This document shows, one piece after another, positions 47,510 through 57,578 of a DNA stretch of 64,000 bases (the stretch's first letter is position 1; each line of letters opens with the position of its first letter). Below the pieces are notes generated by a model. The model did no database searches, was not told where the DNA came from, and saw nothing but the letters and a program-made list of their open reading frames with translations. A program made the translations under genes and the position numbers. Source of the stretch: Candidatus Daviesbacteria bacterium (GTDB lineage Bacteria > Patescibacteriota > Microgenomatia > Daviesbacterales > UBA10151); contig JACPEY010000011.1 of assembly GCA_016183245.1 (NCBI GenBank), forward strand, positions 5,568 to 69,567. Direction: 5' to 3'.

Positions 47510-47896
47510 TTATGCGCGGGCTTTGGGGTGATGGCCGTTGCCGTTTGACTTTAAGATGCCGCTTTTTCTTAAGGTATCAAGTTCGTGTTGGGTAGCCCTC
47601 ATCTGGTGGCCCATATAGATTAAGATTGTATGGGCTTTTTCTTCACTCTCTTTAATTTTCTCAATATGTTTTTCCATATCCGTAAAACTTTGAGCTTGCT
47701 TGTTAATTGAAGCCTGGATAGAAATTGTGATGTAAATTACTTCCAAAGAAACTGCTGCGGCCAGGATAACAAGGATTGAGCCTGTTGTAAGTCCAAACAT
47801 GCTTAGAGCAAAAATCCCGCCAAAAAACACGGCATTAATAACTAAGGATAAGAAGATCTTTGGAGGCGGAGCTAGTTTTTTCAAAATCATAGACAA
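47510..47896 (-). CDS. Membrane protein with coiled-coil tail
   Basis: Two TM segments and VSLE.IY..I.IQ motif. Confidence 0.65.
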   Translation of the reverse strand: MSMILKKLAPPPKIFLSLVINAVFFGGIFALSMFGLTTGSILVILAAAVSLEVIYITISIQASINKQAQSFTDMEKHIEKIKESEEKAHTILIYMGHQMRATQHELDTLRKSGILKSNGNGHHPKARA

Positions 47897-48000
47897 ATCC
47901 TTCCTTCAAGCCAACAAAAAAATCCCTACACCTGCTCTTTCTTCGGTTTTCTAGAGATTTCAAGTTCATTGTCTCGCTATTTCTGATGGTTGTCAACCCC

Positions 48001-49095
48001 CTAAAACCAGCCTTTTTTCCTGAAATAAAGTAGCATCACTATCGCAGGAGTTGCAGAAACTGCAAGAATGATTATAAGGGTTGTATAATTACCCCAAAAT
48101 GTTAGCGGACCTGTTTCCAGGCCGCCCGGAAGCAGGATATTCATCCCGTAAAATGTTCCTATCAGCGTGGCAGGGATTGAAAGTGTGAAGATAATAGTTA
48201 AAACTGCCAATATTCTGTTTGTTTTCTCGGTACTGGAAATAAAGTCAGCATCTTTGTAAATATCCACCGTTTCCCTTGCTTCTTCCAAAGTTTCCCAGGC
48301 TCTGTCAATCCGATGGGTAATATCTACAAAATAAACTGTTAAATTCCGGCGGGTGAACTTATTTATTTTGTCCTGGATGTCTTTGAGCAATACCCTAAGA
48401 GGTCCGATTATCCTCTTTAAGCTGATGATCTTTCGCCGAAGCTGTCCTATCTGATAAACACCGGAAACTTTATCATCAAACACGATATCTTCAGCACTCT
48501 CAACCTCTATTAAGATCTTTTTCAAAAGAGGAGTAAGGTCGTCTGTTAATTGCTCAATAATTGTATATAAAAGATGTGAAGGGGAGTTGTTGATATATGC
48601 CTGGCGCTGCTGAGGGTTTTCCTTACATGAGTCGAATATATTTGAGATAATGTTGTCAGAATTTTCATGGATCGTAACCAAATAGTTTTTTCCCAAAAAG
48701 AAACAAAATTGACGTGTGCTAATATTGCCATCGCGCTCATGCAGTTGGGGGAAACGGAAAAGCAAAAATAAATATTTATCCTCATCACTTTGTTCAATTT
48801 TTGGAAACTGGCTTTTGGATATACAATCCTCAAGATGCAAAGGGTGAAATGGGTATTTCTGAGCCAGTTCTGAGATCTGTTTTCTGGTAGGGTCTCTTAC
48901 ATCTACCCAGGTAATTTTTCCTTGTTGCAGAGTCTGTATTTTTTCTGTTTTATAAGTTGTGACTACCTCTTTTTCCCCGTTTTCTGCAGGGTTTAGAAAA
49001 TATAAGTAATATTTGAAAGCCTCGGCAATTTTCTTATGCGGCTTGCCAAGTAAAATTTGAATCTCTTTTAATGTGTCTTTTAGTGTTTTGGTCAT
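48001..49095 (-). CDS. corA: CorA-family Mg2+ transporter
   Basis: HPLHLED, YGMN signature, two C-terminal TMs. Confidence 0.92.
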   Translation of the reverse strand: MTKTLKDTLKEIQILLGKPHKKIAEAFKYYLYFLNPAENGEKEVVTTYKTEKIQTLQQGKITWVDVRDPTRKQISELAQKYPFHPLHLEDCISKSQFPKIEQSDEDKYLFLLFRFPQLHERDGNISTRQFCFFLGKNYLVTIHENSDNIISNIFDSCKENPQQRQAYINNSPSHLLYTIIEQLTDDLTPLLKKILIEVESAEDIVFDDKVSGVYQIGQLRRKIISLKRIIGPLRVLLKDIQDKINKFTRRNLTVYFVDITHRIDRAWETLEEARETVDIYKDADFISSTEKTNRILAVLTIIFTLSIPATLIGTFYGMNILLPGGLETGPLTFWGNYTTLIIILAVSATPAIVMLLYFRKKGWF

Positions 49096-49197
49096 AATTT
49101 TCGCCTATAGTTTTCATCTGTTCTACGCTCAGAAAGTTAAGTTTAGTCCTGCTTCTAAGGTGTTGTCAATAGCGGAAAAATGTGTATAAAATATTAT

Positions 49198-50085
49198 ATG
49201 AAAGCTGAAGCTTTAAACGCACCGTTTCAAGGATCTTTTGACGATTTATTTCTTCCGTCGAAATTAAGAGAAAAAGGTGGCAGGCATGATTTTATGAGGG
49301 GGAGGCTGGGTATTGTAAGGACATGTGTAGAACAGGCAGGACTAGCCGTACCTTTACGATATCGAGAGGATGAGCATTTCTGGTTTACGGTAATGAGGAA
49401 TTATCGAGTTACGTCCAGTACCCTAAGGCGTAGAATGCCTGGTAGTAATTTTAAAACAACATCACTGGAGCTTGCAGTGGAGAATGCAGGAAGGATTTTA
49501 GCAGTAGAGCAAGACGCAGCTTTAGATCCTTTAACAGGTGCCTGGTCTCGGGGTTCCTTGGACAGATTCTTAAGTAATGTATTAAATACGGCTACCAGAA
49601 GGATGTCTACTGCAGGAGTGCTGATGATAGATGTAGACTATTTTAAGAAATATAATGATCAAGAAGGACATAAAGCAGGGGATCAAATTCTTATAGATAT
49701 GGTACGTATATTACAAGGATCTGTGCGTGGAAACGACATGGTGGCAAGATATGGCGGAGAAGAATTTACAATTGTATTACCAGTTTTAACAGCTCCGCGA
49801 CTGGCTTCTGTAAGGGCTGAAGAATTCAGGAGAAGGATTGCTGAAATGACGCGGGTTACTGTTAGTATAGGAGTTACTACTGTATCTAAACAAGATGAAG
49901 ATGTTGAGTCTGTTCTTGTAAGAGCAGACGGTAATCTTTATAGGGCAAAAGAAGGAGGAAGAAATGTGGTCTTTGATGATAGAGGGAGAGTAACCGCAAG
50001 AGATAAAAAAATAATTCCAAAGCAAGCATGGCTTCGCTTGGCGAGCGAGGCAGCTGCGGGAATTCCTGGCATTATTCCTGTCTGA
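49198..50085 (+). CDS. Diguanylate cyclase (GGDEF)
   Basis: DPLTG, DVDYFK.YND..GH..GD, RYGGEEF, AK.GGRN. Confidence 0.92.
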   Translation: MKAEALNAPFQGSFDDLFLPSKLREKGGRHDFMRGRLGIVRTCVEQAGLAVPLRYREDEHFWFTVMRNYRVTSSTLRRRMPGSNFKTTSLELAVENAGRILAVEQDAALDPLTGAWSRGSLDRFLSNVLNTATRRMSTAGVLMIDVDYFKKYNDQEGHKAGDQILIDMVRILQGSVRGNDMVARYGGEEFTIVLPVLTAPRLASVRAEEFRRRIAEMTRVTVSIGVTTVSKQDEDVESVLVRADGNLYRAKEGGRNVVFDDRGRVTARDKKIIPKQAWLRLASEAAAGIPGIIPV

Positions 50086-50147
50086 CGGCCTAAACTCAGA
50101 GTTTGCTTATTGGTTTGGCCTAAAAAATGCATAATAAAGTACAATAG

Positions 50148-51182
50148 CTATTTATTCCTCAAAATATAGTAAGTTGCTTTCCCCTTATCTTTTCTATCAA
50201 CTAGGCCTAAATCTATTAATTTTTTAAAATCTAATGCCCTGGTTGCTTTTGCACGATCAACTAATTTAGCGTAATCTCGATCAGCAATGAATCCTTTCTC
50301 CCTAATAAACTCAAGTATTTTTAGATGATAAGGTTTAAGTTGTGTTTCTGGACTAATCCCAACTCCTGGTAAGATTTTTTGGATTCTTAAAAGTTCATCA
50401 ATAATTCCCTCGGTAAAATATTCCAGCCATGGGGTGAAATCTATTTTACCTTCCAGTTCATAATAATTACCAAATTCTCCTACTGTCTGAAAATATTTAG
50501 TAACGTTTTTGCTATAGTAGTTTTCAAAGCTAAACAAGTTAAAAGTGTTCAGTCCCACTTCAGCAAGCAACACTTTTGTAGCAAGACGGGTTGATCTGCC
50601 GTTACCATCCATAAAAGGATGGATAATTACCATCTGCTTATGGAAAATACCAGCTAAAATGAGTGGGTCAATTTTATCTCTGTTATTTTTTGTGAACTCA
50701 ATAATATCCTTTAGAAGTTCCTTTACATCTTTTGCGTCAGGAGGTAAATATATAACTTTTCTCGTTCTCGGATCATTTACAACTACCGGTTTTTCTCTTA
50801 ATTTTCCAGATTCAAATTTAGGTAATAATCCTTCGGTAATTTGTTTTTGGATTTTTAGAATAAGATTAAGAGATAATCTCACTTGTGCTTTTTCAAGATT
50901 TACATTTAAATTTTGTAACGCTTGATTGTAATTTAAAACTTCCCTTTCGCTATCTCTGATATGGGCAGGCTTAGATTTAAGGATTTTTTTAACTTCTGTT
51001 AGAGGAAGGGGGTTCCCTTCAATACTAGTTGAGGCATACGCTGAAACAGCCCTTGCAGTTCTTTCAAGTTCTACTAACACAACATGAGGGAATCTCCTAT
51101 TATTTAGTTCATTTACTAAAGTATTAATTCTTTTAATATTTGCAAGAAGACGATCCGTAATAGTATATTGAGGTATAAACAT
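50148..51182 (-). CDS. Fic-domain protein with C-terminal wHTH
   Basis: HPFMDGNGRSTR catalytic motif and STSIEGN inhibitory motif. Confidence 0.93.
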   Translation of the reverse strand: MFIPQYTITDRLLANIKRINTLVNELNNRRFPHVVLVELERTARAVSAYASTSIEGNPLPLTEVKKILKSKPAHIRDSEREVLNYNQALQNLNVNLEKAQVRLSLNLILKIQKQITEGLLPKFESGKLREKPVVVNDPRTRKVIYLPPDAKDVKELLKDIIEFTKNNRDKIDPLILAGIFHKQMVIIHPFMDGNGRSTRLATKVLLAEVGLNTFNLFSFENYYSKNVTKYFQTVGEFGNYYELEGKIDFTPWLEYFTEGIIDELLRIQKILPGVGISPETQLKPYHLKILEFIREKGFIADRDYAKLVDRAKATRALDFKKLIDLGLVDRKDKGKATYYILRNK

Positions 51183-51659
51183 ATAGTCTAATTATAAGCA
51201 GAGCTTGAAATACTCCATAGTCGTATTATAGACGATAATTAGACGATTGGCAAGAAGAAAAATTTCGATCCTTGTATTCTCTCGGAATAAGGTTCTGGAG
51301 GTATGACAACAGCTTTCGGTAGTTCTGCCATATTTTGTTGAATTATTAGAACGTTTTTAAATTCCTATTAACTTCTTTCATCTATAACCGCAGGTTACAC
51401 TCTTTTTAACAATTGTTAACTTGTGATCCCAACGATACTCTCCACAGACTGCAAGAATTCGTTGAAACCTTTCTTTCTATGAAGATTTTACCAGATTTAA
51501 TATGGTGGTTGCAACCAGAATTAGCCTCAAAAATGCCTGAAAGAAGAGTATAACCCCTTTTCTTATACTTTTTACTTCTTTCAAATCTTGTTTAAAAACC
51601 TATTTTTTATGCAAAATCATGTACAATAACAATTGTTAACTACTTTTAATTAGGATAAG

Positions 51660-51839
51660 ATGGAGCGGTCAAAACTTCTTACAATTAACCAAGTTGCGAA
51701 AATACTAGGGGTCTTACCTTCAACCCTTAGAAGATGGGATAAGTCTGGAAAACTAAAGGCAATTAGGATTGGAAATAAACGAGGAGTCGGAGAAAGACGA
51801 TATCGGAGAGAAGATATTATCAGATTAATAACACAGTAA
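51660..51839 (+). CDS. MerR-type/excisionase-like HTH protein (59 aa, below ORF-track cutoff)
   Basis: MERSKLLTINQVAKILGVLPSTLRRWDKSGKLKAIRIG...GERRYRREDI. Confidence 0.85.
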   Translation: MERSKLLTINQVAKILGVLPSTLRRWDKSGKLKAIRIGNKRGVGERRYRREDIIRLITQ

Positions 51840-51896
51840 AAACTGATTACTTTCTACTTTAATAAAATTAGTGACTATAACCGTTCAAAGATATTT

Positions 51897-52652
51897 TTAA
51901 TCAGAGGTAGGTATTCCTCTTAATTGATAAGAAGCTCGTCTGTATCCATCATGTCTTTTATTAAGTAATCGAACAGCAGTTTCTAAACCTGCCACATTTG
52001 TGATATTGAGTGATTCAAAAGCTCGAGAAATAAAACTAGAAGTAGCTTCTCCAGCTCTCTGAAGTTGTGGATGCTCGTCCATTCTTGCAATAGCTTGATT
52101 TTGATGCAATAGATCAAAAAGTTCTCTGTGTCTTTGCTCGGCCGCTGAAATTGCCTTAATACCAAACTGTTCTATAAGATCATTTTCCCATTTACCTGCA
52201 TATTGCGGCCATCTACGAGCTAAATCTCTATACGTTGTAAAAAGTTCTTCTGGTTTACCTGCAGCTACTCTTACTAAATGGTAGCCAGCATGACAAGCCA
52301 AGAATTGTCCATCTAACGCTCCCTCTTCAAACATAATCCTTTTCAAATCATTTATCGCTGATCTTAAATCAGCATTATAAGCGGGTGTCTGACCGTCAGA
52401 AGTTCTGAAGGTCGTTAATAGCCGACTGCAAACATCATCCAGGTTATCTGAAGGGAATACCGTAGTCCAGGGAATATCAGTGGTTCCGCTATCTTCTTGT
52501 GTCAAAATAGCATTAGCAACTTCAATAGCCACTTGCCTAGGAAGCGGTTCAAAAACCTTTTTGGCTTTCTCCCCAATAGGAACAAGCCATTCATTTGAGG
52601 TATAACGATTCGCTCGATCTTCTGTACTCATTATTGTTGCTAATTTTACCAT
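51897..52652 (-). CDS. Hypothetical protein
   Basis: 251-aa ORF with no motif; alternative start at 52631. Confidence 0.6.
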   Translation of the reverse strand: MVKLATIMSTEDRANRYTSNEWLVPIGEKAKKVFEPLPRQVAIEVANAILTQEDSGTTDIPWTTVFPSDNLDDVCSRLLTTFRTSDGQTPAYNADLRSAINDLKRIMFEEGALDGQFLACHAGYHLVRVAAGKPEELFTTYRDLARRWPQYAGKWENDLIEQFGIKAISAAEQRHRELFDLLHQNQAIARMDEHPQLQRAGEATSSFISRAFESLNITNVAGLETAVRLLNKRHDGYRRASYQLRGIPTSD

Positions 52653-52706
52653 CTTCTACTACGCTTTTCAGGCTATAGGATTAGTTATAGGAGGTGATTA
52701 TCGTAA

Positions 52707-52877
52707 ATGTTACCTTTGGATGTGATTAGAAAATATTATCCTGACTTATCAGATGAAGAATTGAAAAAAATACAGGTGTTTGTTTACCAGTTATGTTGTG
52801 GATTAATGCAATACTTTTATGGAGACAACTGGGAAGGGGATACTGGTGATCCGGACTTGAAAAATGAAGAAGGTTGA
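52707..52877 (+). CDS. Small acidic hypothetical protein (56 aa)
   Basis: AGGAGGTG RBS at 52689; MLPLDVIRKYYPDLSDEELKKIQ... Confidence 0.6.
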   Translation: MLPLDVIRKYYPDLSDEELKKIQVFVYQLCCGLMQYFYGDNWEGDTGDPDLKNEEG

Positions 52878-52996
52878 TATAACAACCTAATCATGAGTTC
52901 GAATCCTAAGCGGTCTCTCGTTTATAGGATTAAATCTAAGCAATTTTTCTCGAATTGCCGAAGCTAAAATTTTGCAAAAGCACTTATATCATCCTG

Positions 52997-53068
52997 TGAG
53001 CCGGGTGGGATTCGAACCCACGGCCAATGGATTAAGAGTCCATTGCTCTACCGCTGAGCTACCGGCCC
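52997..53068 (-). tRNA. tRNA-Lys(CUU)
   Basis: GGGCCGG/CCGGCTC acceptor, ATGGA-CTCTTAA-TCCAT anticodon arm, GTTCGAATCC. Confidence 0.97.
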
Positions 53069-53069
53069 G

Positions 53070-53132
53070 TTATAATCTATCTTTCAAAAACTTTCTTCCA
53101 AATCCTGTCTTAAAATATCTTTCTCTTTTCAA
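53070..53132 (-). pseudogene. C-terminal remnant of a GIY-YIG nuclease
   Basis: LKRERYFKTGFGRKFLKDRL* versus FRREQYFKTGFGRRFLKDRI* of 15785-16027. Confidence 0.85.
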
Positions 53133-53142
53133 TTCAATGAGT

Positions 53143-53167
53143 CCCGCCCGCAACGCCTGAGCAAGCT
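53143..53167 (+). repeat. Half copy of family D hairpin
   Basis: CCCGCCCGCAACGCCTGAGCAAGCT versus CTCGCCCGCAACGCCAGCAAGCT at 15703. Confidence 0.8.
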
Positions 53168-53263
53168 TCAACATCAAACTACATTGTATATTCTAACAAT
53201 TTATGCTCAAAATGTCATTTCTGGGAACAGAGGGAACAGAAAAGAGGGGTGCTGTAATAATCA

Positions 53264-53833
53264 CTAGTAAGGCGTCAGATCTTTTTTAGCCTGAGGATTA
53301 TTTCTGTCTCTATACCATATTAATGGGTTATTCAGAATATATTTGGATATTTTATTAAGGTCTTTTTCATTCCTGATGATATGTTCGTAATAATTACGTT
53401 GCCAAACCCGTTTATCAAATGGAACCCAATTTAAATTTTTAACATTATTAATATAATTATTTGTGGTCATGGTTTTAAACCATTGAATAATTGTTCCCAA
53501 TGTTGGATTTATTGTAGGGGTTGACCTGCGTGTCAACCCTGATTCATTGGGCGGACACATAGGTCCGCCCCTACAAATAAAAATAATTCCATGGATATGG
53601 TTGGGCATAATTTGAGATTGACCCAATTCAATACTAGGGAATTTGACTGGAATCTGAAACCAATAATAATTAACCATTTTTCCGATATCATTTAACACCA
53701 TTTTCCCATTGTTAATATCCCCAAATAACATTTCTCTATCTTGAGTGCAAATTGTTACAAAATATGCCCCATCAGAAGAATAATTAAATCCCTTTAATCT
53801 AATGGAACGGCGATGGTATTGCTTTGTGTTCAC
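53264..53833 (-). CDS. Second REP-associated tyrosine transposase (different subfamily)
   Basis: HRRSIRL...YFVTICT, MPNHIHGI (HUH), WQRNYYEHIIR, YILNNP. Confidence 0.92.
   Translation of the reverse strand: MNTKQYHRRSIRLKGFNYSSDGAYFVTICTQDREMLFGDINNGKMVLNDIGKMVNYYWFQIPVKFPSIELGQSQIMPNHIHGIIFICRGGPMCPPNESGLTRRSTPTINPTLGTIIQWFKTMTTNNYINNVKNLNWVPFDKRVWQRNYYEHIIRNEKDLNKISKYILNNPLIWYRDRNNPQAKKDLTPY
53514..53574. repeat. GTAG-type REP doublet inside the second RAYT
   Basis: GTAGGGGTTGAC-CTGCGT-GTCAACCC...GGGCGGAC-ACATAG-GTCCGCCCCTAC. Confidence 0.88.
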
Positions 53834-53884
53834 ATTTTCTTCTATATCTACTTTACTACAATTTTTTTAGGATTAATAAAAAGT

Positions 53885-54586
53885 ATGCTAGACTTAAATT
53901 TCATGGGGTATTTTCTGCTTTTTCTTGTTGAGCTTGTTTTTCTGTTCTTCCTATCCAGAAAACTGGTTGATAGCCTGGCGCGGATTATCTATAAATTTAC
54001 CGGAAGCCACCGGGCCGTAGTGCATACTCTGGCAGTAATATTTCTACCCGGGACTATAATTCATGAGTTGGCTCATCTTTTATTTGCAGGTATTATGCTG
54101 GTGCCTGTAGGGGAGTTAAGTATAATTCCGGAGATTGAAGAGGGTGGGGTAAAGCTGGGAAGTGTGCAGATTGGAAAAACAGATCCTTTCAGAAGGATGA
54201 TTATCGGGGTTGCCCCCGTGCTTTTGGGGATGATTTTAATATTTTCTTTATTTCTTTTTGTAAAATTTGGTGTAAGCCCCTGGTGGCAGATAGTTTTAGT
54301 TTTGTATTTAATTTTTGAAATCGGCAACACCATGTTTTCTTCCAAAAAAGATATTGAAGGAAGTATTTTATTTTTAGTATTGATTATTACTCTCTTACTG
54401 GCAGCTGGAACATTTTTGTATTTTATCAACCCGGCTACTTTGCAAAATTTATGGCTATATATTTTTAAGTTAAATTTTGAATTTGCTGCAAATTTTTTCA
54501 AACAAGGTTCTATCTACCTAGCAATACCTGTTGTTTTAAATATCTTAATCATATTATTGACAAGGCCTTTCAGGAAAGGATTTTAG
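53885..54586 (+). CDS. Membrane zinc metalloprotease (M50-like)
   Basis: PGTIIHELAH, G.AP, SKKD and multiple TMs. Confidence 0.75.
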   Translation: MLDLNFMGYFLLFLVELVFLFFLSRKLVDSLARIIYKFTGSHRAVVHTLAVIFLPGTIIHELAHLLFAGIMLVPVGELSIIPEIEEGGVKLGSVQIGKTDPFRRMIIGVAPVLLGMILIFSLFLFVKFGVSPWWQIVLVLYLIFEIGNTMFSSKKDIEGSILFLVLIITLLLAAGTFLYFINPATLQNLWLYIFKLNFEFAANFFKQGSIYLAIPVVLNILIILLTRPFRKGF

Positions 54587-54670
54587 CTTGTTATTTTGAG
54601 CTTGAAGTGGTAAACTACGCATACTGCTTATGTACCCCGTCATAGCGGGGTTTTTTAATGGCAGATATTT

Positions 54671-56449
54671 ATGGATATTCGTAATGTTGCAATTATTGCT
54701 CACGTTGACCACGGCAAAACTACTTTGGTAGATGCTTTGCTCCGCCAATCGAAAACAAACTTAGGAAAACAGTTTACTGAAACTTCCGAGTTAATCATGG
54801 ATTCAAATGATTTGGAGAAGGAGCGGGGGATTACAATTTTTTCCAAGAACGCCTCAGTTAATTGGAAAGATACTAAGATTAATATTATAGATACCCCGGG
54901 CCATGCTGATTTTGGCGGGGAAGTGGAAAGGGTTTTAAAAATGGCTGACGGCTGTTTGCTTTTGGTTGATGCCAAAGAAGGCCCGATGCCTCAAACCAGG
55001 TTTGTGTTGAAAAAAGCATTGGAGATGGGACATAAAATTATTGTGGTTATTAATAAGATTGACAAACAGGATGCAAGGATAACTTATGTCATCAATAAAA
55101 CCTTTGATCTTTTTTTAGAACTTGGTGCAGATGAAGAGACAGCCTATTTCCCGACTATTTATTCCTCCGGCAAACACGGCAAAGCAGGTTTGGAACCGGA
55201 TTTGTCCAAAATGGATGATATTGCCCCTGTTTTTGATGCAGTTTTAGAGCACATCCCTGCGCCCTCGACAGATACAGAAAAACCCTTGCAGCTTTTAATT
55301 ACGAATACTATCTATGACAATTTCAAAGGCAGGATTGCCACCGGCCGGGTTTACAATGGCACTATAAAAGCCGGGCAGGAAGTAGCGCATATCAGCAGGG
55401 AAGGCCAGGTTAAAAAATTCAGGCTGACATCACTTATGGGTTTTGAGGGGTTGGACAGGGTGGATATAAAGGAAGCGCGCGCAGGGGATATTGTAGCCCT
55501 TTCCGGGATTCCTGATATTACTATTGGGGAGACTATTGCAGATGCAGTTAATCCGGTTGCTTTGCCTGTTTTGGATATAGAAGAGTCAACAGTCCGGATG
55601 AATTTCGGGGTAAATTCTTCACCCTTTGCAGGGCTTGAAGGTGAGTTTAAAACTGCCAGGCAAATTAGGGAAAGATTATATAAAGCAGCTGAAGCAGATG
55701 TGGCTTTGAAAGTTGAAGACGGCCCTTCAGGAGATCTGATAGTGAGCGGTAGGGGCGAGCTTCATCTGGCAATCCTGATTGAAAGGTTACGCAGGGAAGG
55801 ATATGAATTCCAGGTTGGTAAACCGCAGGTTATAGAAAAAGTGGTCAATGGCAAGCTCGCGACACCTTATGAAAAAGTGGCAATAGAAGTTCCGGAAAGT
55901 TTTTCCGGTACAGTGATGCAGAAGATGGGGCTGCGCCACGGCGAGCTTTTGGATATGAATACTGAGAACGGAATAGTCTACCTTTTATTCATTGTGGCAA
56001 CTAAGGAATTTTTTGGATATAGAAGTCAATTTATGACTGATACTAAAGGTTTGGGGATCTTAAGCAGTTCTTTTTTGGAATACAGGCCAGACTCTGGTCA
56101 GAAATTTGAAAGATCTCAAGGTTCTCTGGTAGTGCATGAATCAGGTTCAACTAAATTATATGCTTTGGTGGGGGCACAGGATCGTGGGGCTTTGTTTATA
56201 GGACCAGGGGTGAGCGTTTATAAAGGTCAGGTTATCGGCAGCAATTCCCGGGAAGGGGATATTGTCATAAATGTCTGTAAAGAGAAAAAGCAGACTAACC
56301 ACCGTTCTTCCGGTGAAGGCACATCTGAGCATTTTAATACTCCAAAAATTATGAGTTTAGAAAACGCCATTGAATATATTGATGATACCGAGCTTGTAGA
56401 AGTCACCCCAAAAAACATCAGAATCAGGAAGACTGATTTAAGTCACTAA
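54671..56449 (+). CDS. typA: Translational GTPase TypA/BipA
   Basis: AHVDHGKT, ERGITI, DTPGHADFGGEVER, GRGELHL, EVTPKNIRIRK. Confidence 0.97.
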   Translation: MDIRNVAIIAHVDHGKTTLVDALLRQSKTNLGKQFTETSELIMDSNDLEKERGITIFSKNASVNWKDTKINIIDTPGHADFGGEVERVLKMADGCLLLVDAKEGPMPQTRFVLKKALEMGHKIIVVINKIDKQDARITYVINKTFDLFLELGADEETAYFPTIYSSGKHGKAGLEPDLSKMDDIAPVFDAVLEHIPAPSTDTEKPLQLLITNTIYDNFKGRIATGRVYNGTIKAGQEVAHISREGQVKKFRLTSLMGFEGLDRVDIKEARAGDIVALSGIPDITIGETIADAVNPVALPVLDIEESTVRMNFGVNSSPFAGLEGEFKTARQIRERLYKAAEADVALKVEDGPSGDLIVSGRGELHLAILIERLRREGYEFQVGKPQVIEKVVNGKLATPYEKVAIEVPESFSGTVMQKMGLRHGELLDMNTENGIVYLLFIVATKEFFGYRSQFMTDTKGLGILSSSFLEYRPDSGQKFERSQGSLVVHESGSTKLYALVGAQDRGALFIGPGVSVYKGQVIGSNSREGDIVINVCKEKKQTNHRSSGEGTSEHFNTPKIMSLENAIEYIDDTELVEVTPKNIRIRKTDLSH

Positions 56450-56539
56450 CTCACTGATTTCTGATTAATTTCACACATTATTCTTATATTTTATTGTTAG
56501 GATTCCTTTGGAGCAAATATAGAAGGGGGGTGAGTTTAA

Positions 56540-56758
56540 GTGCAAGATACTAAAGGAGCTATTGATCATTTAAGACAACACCAGACATACCCGGCTACGA
56601 AAGATGAATTAGTCAAAGAGTGTAATGAATTGTCGGATTTTTCAAAAGAGGATAAGGAATGGTTTGAAAAAAACCTTCCGGAAGGGAATTACAAGTCTGC
56701 TGATGATGTCATAGCAGCATTGGGGCTGGAACCTTCATATGGTGGGGTGTCAATGTAA
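56540..56758 (+). CDS. Small conserved-looking hypothetical protein
   Basis: Strong RBS GGGGGGTG, GTG start, YPATKDEL...LPEG.Y.SADDV. Confidence 0.7.
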   Translation: MQDTKGAIDHLRQHQTYPATKDELVKECNELSDFSKEDKEWFEKNLPEGNYKSADDVIAALGLEPSYGGVSM

Positions 56759-56762
56759 GTAA

Positions 56763-56804
56763 TTTACTACGTTGGAGTAAAGTATGCACACTCCAGCGTA
56801 GTAA
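56763..56804. terminator. Long hairpin after the small gene (terminator or REP-like)
   Basis: TTTACTACGTTGGAGT...ACTCCAGCGTAGTAAA. Confidence 0.55.
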
Positions 56805-56953
56805 AATTTAATCTTTCTTCGTGCGCGCAGACAGTAATTTGCTATAATGATCCACCATTATGCAAGTAATTGAAATTCAAGAAAATTGTGTTCGAAATTG
56901 GTAAGAAATATCTGTTTAAAATATTTGCTTCTCTAATCTATGTGGAATAAAAT

Positions 56954-57562
56954 ATGGCTATGAAATCAGGCAAAGAAGGATTACAGGCACCGCGCGGTTC
57001 ATTAAAAGTTATTCGTAAATTTTCAGATCCAGACAATATACCACCGCCATTGATAGATGGAGGAATTTTTCGCGATTTAATCCCTCCAAGACTTTCTGAT
57101 TTAATATCTCATCCATTAGCTATTTGTGTTATTACTGTCAATGCCAAAGCGCTTGGCGTACGCTTGTCAGTAATTGATACCAGTAATAATGAAGAATCTC
57201 TAAAACTTCACTTATCTACGTTTCCTGATACTCCCCAAAGTCTGCATATATGGAATATTCAAGTTGCGGAAGCATTACGGCAGCAAGGAGTTGCAAGAAG
57301 TTTTTATCAAAACCTTGCTCCTCTTGCGCGGGCAGAAAACTTCCGATATATCACAGGAGAACAACGCCCACAAAATCGAAGCATTTTCCAAAAATTGGGC
57401 AGAATACCTTATGGTGAATTGTCAGAAGAATCCAAACGGAAAGTTTTTAGCAAATGGTTAACAAGTATTGATGACCCTGATTCCTATATGGAAACCGTCT
57501 CTGGCTTATCTGTGGAATTTTTATATGAAGAGGATAAAGATATAATGTTGAAGAACACTTGA
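56954..57562 (+). CDS. GNAT-like acetyltransferase
   Basis: IWNIQV..ALRQQGVA acetyl-CoA motif. Confidence 0.6.
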   Translation: MAMKSGKEGLQAPRGSLKVIRKFSDPDNIPPPLIDGGIFRDLIPPRLSDLISHPLAICVITVNAKALGVRLSVIDTSNNEESLKLHLSTFPDTPQSLHIWNIQVAEALRQQGVARSFYQNLAPLARAENFRYITGEQRPQNRSIFQKLGRIPYGELSEESKRKVFSKWLTSIDDPDSYMETVSGLSVEFLYEEDKDIMLKNT

Positions 57563-57578
57563 GATGAATCGGAATTTG

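Noticed and set aside
52895-52920. Additional tRNA at GAGTTCGAATCC
   Set aside because: T-loop motif only; no cloverleaf can be folded.
54633-54657. Riboswitch in the typA leader
   Set aside because: Only a short hairpin with a T-run; no recognisable aptamer.
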